64,000 bases of DNA from Rhabdothermincola salaria (lineage in GTDB: Bacteria; Actinomycetota; Acidimicrobiia; Acidimicrobiales; Acidimicrobilacustridaceae). Numbering within the stretch: the stretch's first letter is position 1; every line of letters begins with the position of its first letter. The stretch covers positions 434,001 through 498,000 of the forward strand of contig NZ_JAJQXW010000002.1 in assembly GCF_021246445.1 (NCBI RefSeq). Direction: 5' to 3'. Of this stretch, positions 13,367 to 22,488 are shown in pieces. The position numbers were made by a program, and so were the translations under genes. A model generated the notes under the pieces. That model searched no databases, had not been told where the DNA came from, and was given only the letters and a program-made list of their open reading frames with translations.

Positions 13367-14263
13367 GTGGAGTGGGTCGAAACCACCGGGAAGTCACTGG
13401 AAGAAGCCAAGGACGCCGCCCTCGACGAGCTCGGCATCGCCGACGAGGACGCCGAGTTCGAGGTCCTCGAAGAGCCCAAGCAGGGCCTCTTCGGCCGTAC
13501 CCGTGGGGAGGCCCGGGTCCGGGCCCGCATCCGCCCCACCCAACCCAGGCCCAAGGTCGAGCGACGTGACCGTCGCAAGGGCAAGGGGCGGGGCGGTGAG
13601 GGGCGCAGCAGCCGTTCGGCCTCGACCGGGGCCACCGAGACCACGACCGAGGCCGAGGAGACCCCCGACCCCGCTCCCGTCGCCGCGGACGAGCCCACCC
13701 CGGCTCGCCCGCCGCGCGGTCGGAGCTCCCGTGGTCAGTCCACCAAAGCCGCCGAAACCCCCCAGGGAGCTCCCGTGAGCGACACCGACCGAGACGTCGA
13801 CATCGACACCCACACCACCATCGTGACCGACTTCGTCACCGGCCTCGTCGACGCGTTCGGGGCCGAGGGCACCGTCGCCGCCGAGAAGGTCGACGACGAC
13901 AACGTCGAGGTCCGGGTCACCGGCAGCGACCTCGGCCTCCTGGTCGGGCCCAAGGGCGCCACCCTCGCGGCCGTCCAGGAGCTCTCCCGCACCGTGGTGC
14001 ACCGCCAGGTGCCCGGTACCGCCGCGGGCCGGGTTCGCGTCGACGTCGCCGGCTATCGCCAGATGCGTCGTGAGGCCCTCGAGCGGTTCGTGCAGTCCAT
14101 CGCCGAGCAGGTGCGGGAGTCAGGCGTGCAGAAGGCGTTGGAGCCCATGTCGCCCCCCGACCGCAAGGTCGTCCACGACACGGTGAACGAGATCGACGGC
14201 GTGCGAACGATCTCCGAGGGCGAGGAGCCCCGTCGTCGAGTCGTGATCGCCCCCGACGACTGA
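13367..14263 (+). CDS. jag: RNA-binding protein Jag/EloR/KhpB (Jag_N, KH, R3H)
   Basis: MEWVETTGKSLEEA, GLLVGPKGATL (KH), EPMSPPDRKVVHD (R3H), SEGEEPRRRV. Confidence 0.95.
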   Translation: MEWVETTGKSLEEAKDAALDELGIADEDAEFEVLEEPKQGLFGRTRGEARVRARIRPTQPRPKVERRDRRKGKGRGGEGRSSRSASTGATETTTEAEETPDPAPVAADEPTPARPPRGRSSRGQSTKAAETPQGAPVSDTDRDVDIDTHTTIVTDFVTGLVDAFGAEGTVAAEKVDDDNVEVRVTGSDLGLLVGPKGATLAAVQELSRTVVHRQVPGTAAGRVRVDVAGYRQMRREALERFVQSIAEQVRESGVQKALEPMSPPDRKVVHDTVNEIDGVRTISEGEEPRRRVVIAPDD

Positions 14264-14298
14264 ACGAGCCCTTGGCCCGACCGGGCCCGCAGCGGTGA

Positions 14299-14332
14299 GA
14301 CGAAGACCCAGCCTGAGGGCTGGGTCTTCGTC
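14299..14332 (+). terminator. hairpin terminator after jag
   Basis: Perfect 15-bp stem GACGAAGACCCAGCC / GGCTGGGTCTTCGTC with a 4-nt loop, 35 nt after the stop. Confidence 0.75.
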
Positions 14333-14342
14333 GTTCCCGGCC

Positions 14343-14358
14343 CGTTTCACGTGAAACA
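14343..14358. promoter_or_regulatory. parS centromere-like site 1
   Basis: CGTTTCACGTGAAACA, 15/16 match to TGTTTCACGTGAAACA. Confidence 0.92.
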
Positions 14359-15777
14359 CCATCGTCGCCGGGCTGCGGTGGCCCACCACTGCATCACTGC
14401 CCCACTCCCCACAGCCGCACAGCATCGCCGCAGCGCTGGAACGCAGCGCCGATGCCCGCCGGACGGCAGCAACGACGCCCTTCGAAGAGGCGTCGGGGTG
14501 GTCCGGTCGGTCTGGACCGAGCCCGAGCCCGAGGCCGGGCGCGGGAGCCGAGCCGTGTCCGATGGTCGTTGTCCGTGCCTCTCCCCTGCCAGGGGGTGCA
14601 CCACGGGTTCGCCGCCGAGCGGCGGGAGGGGTGCACTGGGGACCGTGACCCTCACGCGGGCGATGGCGGCACGACCGAGAGGCTTCTGTGCCCCGGCGCG
14701 GGGACCCGGCGGCTTCGCTCCCCGTCCCCAGAGTGGCGTCGACCCCCGAGGGCGCCCCTGGGTGTCGCCACCCTCGGCGGGCCACCACCAACCAGGAGGG
14801 TCGTGGGTGGTCGGTCTCCTCCGGGGGTCGGGGCGACTGGGCCGAGACCGGCTGTCCATCCATCAGGGGTGGTCCGGTCGTTCGTCCCTCGCGAGTCGAG
14901 GTCCTGTGCGGTCAACGAGTCGGCTTCGACCACCGGGGGCGGCAGGCCTCCCCGTCGCGTCTGCCGGCTCGGCTGCTCTCGGCAGGCGACGGCACCAGGG
15001 TGGTGGGACCCCGCCGCGGCGCGCCGGTGGTGCTCCCGGCCGGGCGAGGGGGTGGCTGGGAGTCGGCCATCGAGGCCATCGTCGTCGGACGGTCGAGGGA
15101 TCGACCCCGCCCCCCCCAGCCACCCGTCGTGCGCCGAGCCGAACGCGGGCCCGCTCGGGGGACGGCGTCCGCAGGGTCTCCCGATGCTGCCGCAGCGCGC
15201 CCGGAGGTCCCCCGGGGCGGCCGCCCCCGACCGTTCCCGACCACGACGACCCGGAGGACGGGCACGGCAGGGGTTCGAGAGCACGGCCACGACCGGAGTC
15301 CGGCTCGGGAACCCGTTGGCGGCCAGGTGAGCCCGGCCCCCGACGCGGTGACCCGGACTCCCGATCCATCGGCGAGCGTCGCAGCGGCACCGCCCTGGGG
15401 CTGCGGGGCCGAGCTCAGGGCTAGAAGGTGATCGCCCAGGCGGGTCCAGCTGCAGCACCTCAGGCATCGGCTCCCGCTGCGCATCCATGTCTGGGGAGGG
15501 CGCCGGCGTCCGGCCGGTGGCGATGGGCCAGGGGAGCTCGGCTCGTGCGCGGAGGGCCTGGCTCGTGGGGTCGTGACCTCGTGCTCGAACGCATGGTTGA
15601 ACGCCTGGTGCCCGGGGAGTGACGACGGGGCCCGGGTGGTCGCGGCGATGGTCGCCCTCCCTCAGACCGGAGCGGTCGGGCGGGTGCGGCGGGCGGGTGG
15701 CGCCATCATCATCATCGGCCGTGAGCTCTTGGCGGGCCGCCTCGGTTCCGGTGCTGGGTCGCAGGGTGATGGGCAGC

Positions 15778-16386
15778 TCAGAAGAGGGGGCGCTTGGCGG
15801 GGATCCCCACCCGGCGGGGGAGTTCGGTGGGGCAGGGCTGGACGGAGCGCAGCACGGTGAGCTGTGACGACGAGCGGGGGTCGCGAACCAGGCCCACACG
15901 GTCGAGGCCCTCCGGGGGCCATCGGTCGCCGGATCCGGGTGGCTCGCTGACGAGCAGCCGTCCCTGGGGGGCGAGGAAGGGTGCTCCGCACTCAGCCACC
16001 ACCGCCGGAGGACCGAACAGTCGGGCCGTCACGGTGTCGAACGTTCCTCGGAGATCGACCTCGTGAGCCAACGCCTCGGCCCGGCCGTGGAGCACCTGCA
16101 CCCGCTCGCCGCAGCCCATAGCGGTGACCGCCTGACGGAGGAGGGCCACCCGTTTGTCCTGGGCATCGAGCAAGGTGATGGTCAGCTCCGGACGCATGTC
16201 GGCGATGACCAGGCCCGGGAGCCCGGCCCCGCTCCCGAGATCCAGGAGGGTTCCGGCCCCGGAGCCCAGGGCATCGAGGAAGTGGTGAGCGTGGCGGAGG
16301 TGCTCGTCGATGGGGGTGGGGCCGAGGACACCCAGGCGCCGAGCCCGCTCGAGGGCCTGGCGAAGGGCAACGCTGACGTCGGGCAT
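15778..16386 (-). CDS. rsmG: 16S rRNA m7G527 methyltransferase RsmG/GidB
   Basis: LDLGSGAGLPGL, LLDAQDKRVALL, HGRAE, FDTVTAR, PRRVGIPAKRPL. Next to parA but on the opposite strand. Confidence 0.92.
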   Translation of the reverse strand: MPDVSVALRQALERARRLGVLGPTPIDEHLRHAHHFLDALGSGAGTLLDLGSGAGLPGLVIADMRPELTITLLDAQDKRVALLRQAVTAMGCGERVQVLHGRAEALAHEVDLRGTFDTVTARLFGPPAVVAECGAPFLAPQGRLLVSEPPGSGDRWPPEGLDRVGLVRDPRSSSQLTVLRSVQPCPTELPRRVGIPAKRPLF

Positions 16387-16484
16387 GTCCCCACAATGCG
16401 TTCGAGCCCGGCCCCTGTCCAGTTGGCCGGTGCTGCTGGGGAGGCCCGTCCGCCCGGCGCGCCACGCGGCCATGGTCGAGGGTG

Positions 16485-16500
16485 TGTTTCACGTGGAACA
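16485..16500. promoter_or_regulatory. parS centromere-like site 2
   Basis: TGTTTCACGTGGAACA, 15/16 match, inside a 32-bp near-perfect palindrome at 16477-16508. Confidence 0.92.
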
Positions 16501-16622
16501 CACCCTCGGGTCCTTGACCTGTGGTGGCCTCCCGGCCAGGATGGGCCCGCACACCGGAGAACGCTTCGGTGGTGCCTGTCCGCCACGTCGATCCGCGACG
16601 TGCTCGGCCTCTGAGTGGGTGT

Positions 16623-17609
16623 ATGGATCCCGACGACACGTCTGCCACATCACGTCCTGCCTCGGGCCCACCCGACGGCGCTGCGCCCGCTGCCGACACC
16701 GGGCCCTCGGACGTCCCGGCACAGGCGCCCGTGGCCCCGGTTGCCGAGCCGCGCAGCGTCGAGATCCCCCCGGAGCTCGCGGCCATGGGCGATGTGATCG
16801 AGGCGGGTTCCCCCATCTCACAGGATCGCCCCTTCCCTCGGATCATCGCCGTGGCCAATCAGAAGGGTGGCGTGGGCAAGACCACGACCACGGTGAATCT
16901 CGGGGCCTGCCTGGCCGAGCTGGGCTACCGGACGTTGTTGGTCGACCTGGACCCTCAGGGCAACGCCTCCACCGGGCTCGGCATCAATCCCCGGGCTCTC
17001 GAGGTCTCGATGTACGACGTCCTCCTCGCCGACACCCCGCTCGAGGACTGCATCGAGGGCAGCTCGGTGCGCAACCTCTTCGTGGCCCCGGCGAGCCTCG
17101 ACCTGGCCGGAGCGGAGATCGAGCTGGTGCCGGCGTTCAGCCGGGAGCTCAAGCTGCGCAACGCCCTGGCCACCGTGCACGACGACTACGACTTCGTCTT
17201 CATCGACTGCCCGCCCTCGCTCGGTCTGCTGACCGTGAACGCTCTCGCGGCCGCCAGTGAGGTCTTGGTCCCGATCCAGTGCGAGTACTACGCCCTCGAG
17301 GGCCTGGGGCAGCTGCTGCGCAACGTGGACCTGGTCCAGAAGAACCTGAACACCGCGCTGGAGGTCAGCGCCATCGTGCTGGTGATGTACGACGCCCGCA
17401 CCAAGTTGTCCGACCAGGTGGCGGCGGAGGTCCGGGCCCACTTCGGCGACAAGGTCTGTCGTCAGATCATCCCCCGGACGGTGCGGCTGTCCGAGGCCCC
17501 GTCGTTCGGTCAGCCGATCATCACGTTCGATCCGAGTAGCCGGGGCGCCATCGCCTATCGGCAGTTGGCCAAGGAGGTCAGTGGTGGGACGCCGAAGCGG
17601 ATTGGGTAA
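16623..17609 (+). CDS. parA: chromosome partitioning ATPase ParA/Soj
   Basis: ANQKGGVGKTTT, DLDPQGNAS, IDCPPSLG, PIQCEYYALEG, RLSEAPSFG. Start could also be ATG 16785. Confidence 0.96.
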   Translation: MDPDDTSATSRPASGPPDGAAPAADTGPSDVPAQAPVAPVAEPRSVEIPPELAAMGDVIEAGSPISQDRPFPRIIAVANQKGGVGKTTTTVNLGACLAELGYRTLLVDLDPQGNASTGLGINPRALEVSMYDVLLADTPLEDCIEGSSVRNLFVAPASLDLAGAEIELVPAFSRELKLRNALATVHDDYDFVFIDCPPSLGLLTVNALAAASEVLVPIQCEYYALEGLGQLLRNVDLVQKNLNTALEVSAIVLVMYDARTKLSDQVAAEVRAHFGDKVCRQIIPRTVRLSEAPSFGQPIITFDPSSRGAIAYRQLAKEVSGGTPKRIG

Positions 17610-18474
17610 GGGGCTCGGGGCGCTGATCCCCACCACGGCCACGGTCGAAGAGGAAGCACAACTCCACGAGCTGCCGATCAGCCAGATCGAACCCAACCGG
17701 TACCAGCCACGCGAGTACTTCGACGAGGAGCAGCTGGTCAGCCTGGCGGCTTCCATCCGCGCTGTGGGGGTCCTGCAGCCGGTGCTGGTGCGACCCGCCG
17801 GCCCGGAGCGCTACGAGCTCATCGCCGGTGAGCGTCGATGGAGGGCCGCCCGCCGAGCAGGCCTGCAGACCATCCCCGCCCTCGTGCGCCAGACCGAGGA
17901 CGTCCGCTCGCTCGAGCACGCCTTGGTCGAGAACCTCCACCGAGCCGACCTGAACCCCCTGGAGGAGGCGGCGGCCTACCAGCAGTTGATCGAGGAGTTC
18001 GATCACACCCAGGAGGAGGTGGCGACTCGGGTGGGCAAGAGCCGCTCCGCGGTGGCCAACACGCTGCGCCTCCTGCACCTACCGGCCACCATCCAGCGCC
18101 TGGTGCAGGACGGCCAGCTGTCGGCCGGCCATGCCCGGGCCCTGCTCGGCACGCCGGATCGGCAGTTCCAAGAGGCGTTGGCCCAGCGGGCGGTGGCGGA
18201 GCGCCTGACGGTTCGCGATGTGGAGGAGGAGGTGCGGCGTCACCAGACCGAGACCGACGATCCGGCGACGCCGCCCCCGACCAAGGCGCCGGCGCCGGTG
18301 CGCCCGGCCGCGGTGCTCGAGCTCGAGGAGATGCTGGCCAACCTGCTCGACACGCGTGTGCAGGTGTCGGTCGGCGCCAAGCGGGGGCGACTGGTCGTGG
18401 AGTTCGCCACCCTCGAGGATCTCGAGCGCATCTACCGGGTCATGGCCGAAGGCCCGGAGGGCGACGGCGCTTGA
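17584..18474 (+). CDS. parB: chromosome partitioning protein ParB
   Basis: GLGKGLGALI, PNRYQPR, LIAGERRWRA, ENLHRADLNPLEEA, HTH KSRSAVANTLRLL. AAGGAGG SD. Confidence 0.96.
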   Translation: MGRRSGLGKGLGALIPTTATVEEEAQLHELPISQIEPNRYQPREYFDEEQLVSLAASIRAVGVLQPVLVRPAGPERYELIAGERRWRAARRAGLQTIPALVRQTEDVRSLEHALVENLHRADLNPLEEAAAYQQLIEEFDHTQEEVATRVGKSRSAVANTLRLLHLPATIQRLVQDGQLSAGHARALLGTPDRQFQEALAQRAVAERLTVRDVEEEVRRHQTETDDPATPPPTKAPAPVRPAAVLELEEMLANLLDTRVQVSVGAKRGRLVVEFATLEDLERIYRVMAEGPEGDGA

Positions 18475-18501
18475 CCCTCACCCGCTCGTGGCGGTGAAGG
18501 G

Positions 18502-18534
18502 TTCTCCACAGGCTGTGGCAAAACCTGTGGTCAA
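18502..18534. promoter_or_regulatory. cluster of three DnaA-box-like 9-mers downstream of parB
   Basis: TTCTCCACA 18502-18510, rc TTTGCCACA 18514-18522, rc TTGACCACA 18526-18534. Confidence 0.6.
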
Positions 18535-18565
18535 TGTCGAGTCGACGGCTGGGCCGTGTGACCGC

Positions 18566-19585
18566 CTATGAACCCTCGACCGGCTCGGTGACCCAGCTGC
18601 GGACGGCCTCGACGATCGTCGAGGCCACCATCGAGGACCGTTCCACCACCACCGGAGCGGGGCCCAGGAAGCACACGACCGCGGGCATGCGCGTCTCGCG
18701 CAGGATGGGCAGGCGCAGCCCCGAGGCCCGGCTCTCGTCGATCCCAGCGACGCCGGGGAGACGTTCGGTGAGGAGCTCGGCCAGCTGGGCCCCGCCGACC
18801 GAACGGAAGCCCTCGGTGGCGTAGAAGGCGGTGCGGCACTCGGCGTGGGCGAGGAGCTCGAGGCCGATGTACAAGTCGGCGTCGAAGGCGTTGGCCTCGC
18901 GCGCCTGGGTGGACGGATCGGGGTGGTGCAGCACGGCCACCACGGCCCCTTCGTCGTGCAGGAGCCGACCGATGGCGGAGGCGAGCACGTCGAGGCCGCC
19001 GTGCTGACCGATGACGATCCGGCGTCGCTCGAGCTGTGGTGGTGCCGCCCGGAGCCGCTCGCGCTCGCGCACGCCCGCCACGCTGTCGGAAGTGGTGCGG
19101 CCCCCGAGCCGGGCGAGCGCGGCGCCCACCTCGGGACCGCACACCCCGTCGGTGGTGAGGCCCTGGTTGCGCTGGAACTGACGCAGGGCGCTCTCGGTCT
19201 GGGGGCCGAAGATGCCGTCGACGCGCCCGGCGTCGAAGCCGAGGGCGCCGAGGCCGAGCTGGAGGGCCTGGACGTCGTCGCCGCGCAGCATGGGGCTGCG
19301 CAGGTAGATGAGACGGTCGCCCAGCCGGTAGCCCGCTTCGACCAAGGCGTGCCAGGTGGCGTCGTCGCACAGGCCGGTGACGAGCAGACCTCGCTGCTCC
19401 TGGAAAGCCTCGATGGCGTGTTGCGTGCTCGGTCCGAAGATCCCCAGCTCGCCCCGATCGACAGTGATGCCTGTCAGGTGCAAGCGTTGCTGAACATCAC
19501 GGACAGCGGGGCCCTCCGCACCGGGGCCGAGAGGATCATCGACGACGATGACAGGTGGTCCGGGTGTGGGGCCCGAGCGGCTCAG
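18566..19585 (-). CDS. cwlM: CwlM-like protein: two PG-binding domains plus degenerate Amidase_3 domain (start uncertain, CTG 19585 proposed)
   Basis: G.EGPAVRDVQQRL...FQEQRGL..TG.CD, LGDRLIYLRSPMLRGDDV..LQ, DGIFGPQT, ILRETRMPAV. Syntenic with mycobacterial cwlM between trx and parB. Confidence 0.8.
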   Translation of the reverse strand: MSRSGPTPGPPVIVVDDPLGPGAEGPAVRDVQQRLHLTGITVDRGELGIFGPSTQHAIEAFQEQRGLLVTGLCDDATWHALVEAGYRLGDRLIYLRSPMLRGDDVQALQLGLGALGFDAGRVDGIFGPQTESALRQFQRNQGLTTDGVCGPEVGAALARLGGRTTSDSVAGVRERERLRAAPPQLERRRIVIGQHGGLDVLASAIGRLLHDEGAVVAVLHHPDPSTQAREANAFDADLYIGLELLAHAECRTAFYATEGFRSVGGAQLAELLTERLPGVAGIDESRASGLRLPILRETRMPAVVCFLGPAPVVVERSSMVASTIVEAVRSWVTEPVEGS

Positions 19586-19908
19586 AGGAAGGGTCGCAGA
19601 TCCTCGAGGAGCTGGCCCTTGCCCTTGGCCCCGACGATGCGGGCCGCTTCCTGACCGTCCTTGAACACGATCATGGTGGGGATGCTCATGACGCCGTAGC
19701 GGCGGGCCACATCGGGGTTGTCGTCGACGTTGAGCTTCGACACGGAGAGCTTGCCGGCCTGCTCGGAGGCGATCTCTTCGAGGATCGGGGCGATCATCTT
19801 GCACGGACCGCACCACTCGGCCCAGAAATCGACGATCACGGGCTCGGTGGCGGAGCCGATCTGCTCATCGAAGGTGGTGTCGGTGAGGTTGGAGATGGTG
19901 TCGGACAT
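19582..19908 (-). CDS. trxA: thioredoxin
   Basis: WAEWCGPCKMIAP, MSIPT. Confidence 0.97.
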   Translation of the reverse strand: MSDTISNLTDTTFDEQIGSATEPVIVDFWAEWCGPCKMIAPILEEIASEQAGKLSVSKLNVDDNPDVARRYGVMSIPTMIVFKDGQEAARIVGAKGKGQLLEDLRPFL

Positions 19909-19996
19909 GTTGGGTGCACCTCGTGGGGGCGTGGGTTCGAGAGGTCGGGCCCGGATGGGGTCACGCTAGCGGCCGACCCCGGCGAAGCGGGCGTGA

Positions 19997-20968
19997 TCAG
20001 TGGGCGTCGTTGGCCTCGAGCCAGCGCTCGGCGTCGATGGCGGCCATGCAGCCGGATCCGGCTGCGGTGATGGCCTGACGGTAGATCTGGTCCTGCACGT
20101 CGCCGCAGGCGAAGACGCCGTCGACGTCGGTGTGGCTGCCGTCGTGGGTGACGAGGTAGCCGTTGTCCTCCATGTGGAGCTGGCCCTTGAACAGGTCGGT
20201 GTTCGGCTTGTGGCCGATGGCGACGAACACCCCGCTGACGTCGAGACGGGATTCGTCGCCGGTGACGGTGTCGCGGACCAACAGGCCCTCGACCGTGCTC
20301 TCACCTTCGATCTTGGTCACGACGCTGTTCCACTGGAAGCGGATCTTGTCGTTGGCGAAGGCGCGGTCCTGCATGATCTTGGAGGCGCGCAGCTCGTCGC
20401 GGCGGTGCACGAGCGTGACGGAGCGGGCGAACTTGGTGAGGAACAGGGCTTCCTCGAGAGCGGAGTCGCCGCCGCCCACCACGGCGATGTCGTGGTCACG
20501 GAAGAAGAAGCCGTCGCAGGTGGCGCAGGTCGAGAGGCCGTGGCCGAGCAGTCGGCTCTCCTCGGGCAGCCCGAGCATGAGGGACTGGGCGCCGGTGGAG
20601 ACGATGACGACCTTGGCCCGGTAGGTGGGCTCGGCGGTGTCGGGATCGCCGACCCAGACCCCGAACGGGCGGCTGGAGAGGTCGACCCGGCTGACCTTGC
20701 GGGTGAGGATCTCGGTGCCGAAGCGGGTGGCCTGCTCGCGGAACCGCATCATCAGCTCGGGTCCCATGATGCCGTCGGGCCACCCGGGGAAGTTCTCCAC
20801 CTCGGTGGTCAGCATCAGCTGGCCACCCGGCTGGTCGCTGGTCGAGGACGGCTCGCCCTCGATGAGCAGCGGCTCGAGGTTGGCCCTCGCGGTGTAGATC
20901 GCGGCGGTGAGCCCGGCGGGGCCGGAGCCGATGATGATGACGTTGCGCACGTCGGGGCTGTCGGGCAT
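19997..20968 (-). CDS. trxB: thioredoxin-disulfide reductase
   Basis: [42 protein letters not shown]. Confidence 0.97.
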   Translation of the reverse strand: MPDSPDVRNVIIIGSGPAGLTAAIYTARANLEPLLIEGEPSSTSDQPGGQLMLTTEVENFPGWPDGIMGPELMMRFREQATRFGTEILTRKVSRVDLSSRPFGVWVGDPDTAEPTYRAKVVIVSTGAQSLMLGLPEESRLLGHGLSTCATCDGFFFRDHDIAVVGGGDSALEEALFLTKFARSVTLVHRRDELRASKIMQDRAFANDKIRFQWNSVVTKIEGESTVEGLLVRDTVTGDESRLDVSGVFVAIGHKPNTDLFKGQLHMEDNGYLVTHDGSHTDVDGVFACGDVQDQIYRQAITAAGSGCMAAIDAERWLEANDAH

Positions 20969-21047
20969 TGCGCTCTCCGCTGGATCGAGTGGGGGTGTAC
21001 CTACCGGGGTATGCAGAGAACCCGGGCGGTGCCGGAATTGTTCCCGT

Positions 21048-21509
21048 CTACGCCGGGGCTCGTCGACGTCGGTAGACCAGCGCCCCGGCCAGGACGAAGA
21101 CCGCGCCCAGGATGAGGTAGGGCAGCCACACGCTCGAGGGAAGGGCTTCGTCGAGCAGGCGTACCAGGGCGATGATGGCGATGACGGCCACCATCACGGC
21201 CATCACGGCCGCGAACAGGCCGAGGACCACGCCGCGGGCCACCGTGGTGATGGGCCCGGTGGTCTTGTCGCGGACGGTGCCGACGAGGTCGACGATGGTG
21301 TCGGTGACCTGGGCCGGCCAGTCCCCTCCGGTGAGGCCGCCCGACGAGCCGGGCTCGGTGGTGGGGGCGACGGGTGGCACGACGGGCGGGCCGGGCGGAG
21401 GCAGCGGGGGGGCCACCGGCGGCACGGCGGGAGCCACCGGTGGTGTCTGTGCGGACGGGTTGTCGGGGGGGCCCTCGACGGGACCATCGGCGCGACCGGA
21501 GGTCTCCAT
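21048..21509 (-). CDS. hypothetical membrane protein (Pro-rich N-terminus, 2 TM)
   Basis: GC3-biased frame with two hydrophobic helices. TAGGAT 8 nt before ATG. Confidence 0.7.
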   Translation of the reverse strand: METSGRADGPVEGPPDNPSAQTPPVAPAVPPVAPPLPPPGPPVVPPVAPTTEPGSSGGLTGGDWPAQVTDTIVDLVGTVRDKTTGPITTVARGVVLGLFAAVMAVMVAVIAIIALVRLLDEALPSSVWLPYLILGAVFVLAGALVYRRRRAPA

Positions 21510-21579
21510 GGCCTCGAATCCTACCCACGGCCTCCCGATGCCTTGCCCGATCGGTGCGCGCGGGGACCGGGGGGCGAGC

Positions 21580-22488
21580 TCAGACGGGGCCGACGAACAC
21601 CAGCGCGCAGTCGTCCGTGGTGACGACGCGGATGGTGTCGGCGACACCCGCGTCGTCGCCGGCGGTCACGACCGCGACGACGTCGCGCCCGTCGAGGACC
21701 GCACGAGCCGCCAACACGACGACGCCTGTCGGGGGGATCACCTCGGCCTCGCACGGCACCGCCGCGGCAGCATCGAAGGACTCCGGGGTGGGCGGTTCGG
21801 CACCAGCCGCGGCGGATCCCCGGTCTGCGGTGGGGTCGAGGGTGGCGCGGGCGGCGGCCACCAGCTCGTCGAGGGTGCGGACGGCACCGAGGTCGCCGAC
21901 CGCCGGGTCGGCGTCGCGTGCGAGTGGGCCGGCCGCCGACGGGGCGATCGTGGTGGTGGCGCTCTCCTCGACCGGGCTGCTCGACTGCGCTTCGGCCCCG
22001 GAGCCGGCATCGTCGGCGACCGATGCGGTGTCGTCGGAGCGCTGGTCCGACAGCGTGGTCCCGACCACGGCACCCAGGGCCACCACGACCACCGCGACGG
22101 CGGCGACCAGCCAGCGCGTGGCCGGTGGCCGTGCGCCCCGGCGAGGGTCCCGGCGCTGGGCGCGTCGCCCGGGGGCGGCCGCACCAGCGGCTCGGGAGAG
22201 GCCATCGGCAGGGTCGTCGTCCGCCATGGCCTCGAGAGCCCGGGCGACGTGCTCGTCGACCACGGATGCGTCGGGGCCCGCCGGCGGGACCTCGAGCTGG
22301 GAACGAACGACGCGGAGGGCCTCGACGTGCGCGGCCAGGTCGGCGCGCGACGCGACCAGGTGGTGCTGGGCGTCGGTGGCGTCGCCGTCGACGACGGCGT
22401 GCACGGCGAGCTCGTCGGTCGAGAGCTCACGGGTGAGCTCGTCGTCGAAGGGGTTCGGCTCCGGGCCGTTCGGGGGAGGGCTGGTCAT
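21580..22488 (-). CDS. putative anti-sigma factor (single TM, RsmA-like position)
   Basis: Overlaps the sigma stop (ATGA), has a central TM helix and an extracytoplasmic C-terminus with two Cys. Confidence 0.65.
   Translation of the reverse strand: MTSPPPNGPEPNPFDDELTRELSTDELAVHAVVDGDATDAQHHLVASRADLAAHVEALRVVRSQLEVPPAGPDASVVDEHVARALEAMADDDPADGLSRAAGAAAPGRRAQRRDPRRGARPPATRWLVAAVAVVVVALGAVVGTTLSDQRSDDTASVADDAGSGAEAQSSSPVEESATTTIAPSAAGPLARDADPAVGDLGAVRTLDELVAAARATLDPTADRGSAAAGAEPPTPESFDAAAAVPCEAEVIPPTGVVVLAARAVLDGRDVVAVVTAGDDAGVADTIRVVTTDDCALVFVGPV

Noticed and set aside
14351..15899. Several 170-415 aa ORFs in the jag-rsmG spacer
   Set aside because: Low-complexity Arg/Pro/Gly translations in all frames with no SD or domain motif; not called as CDS.
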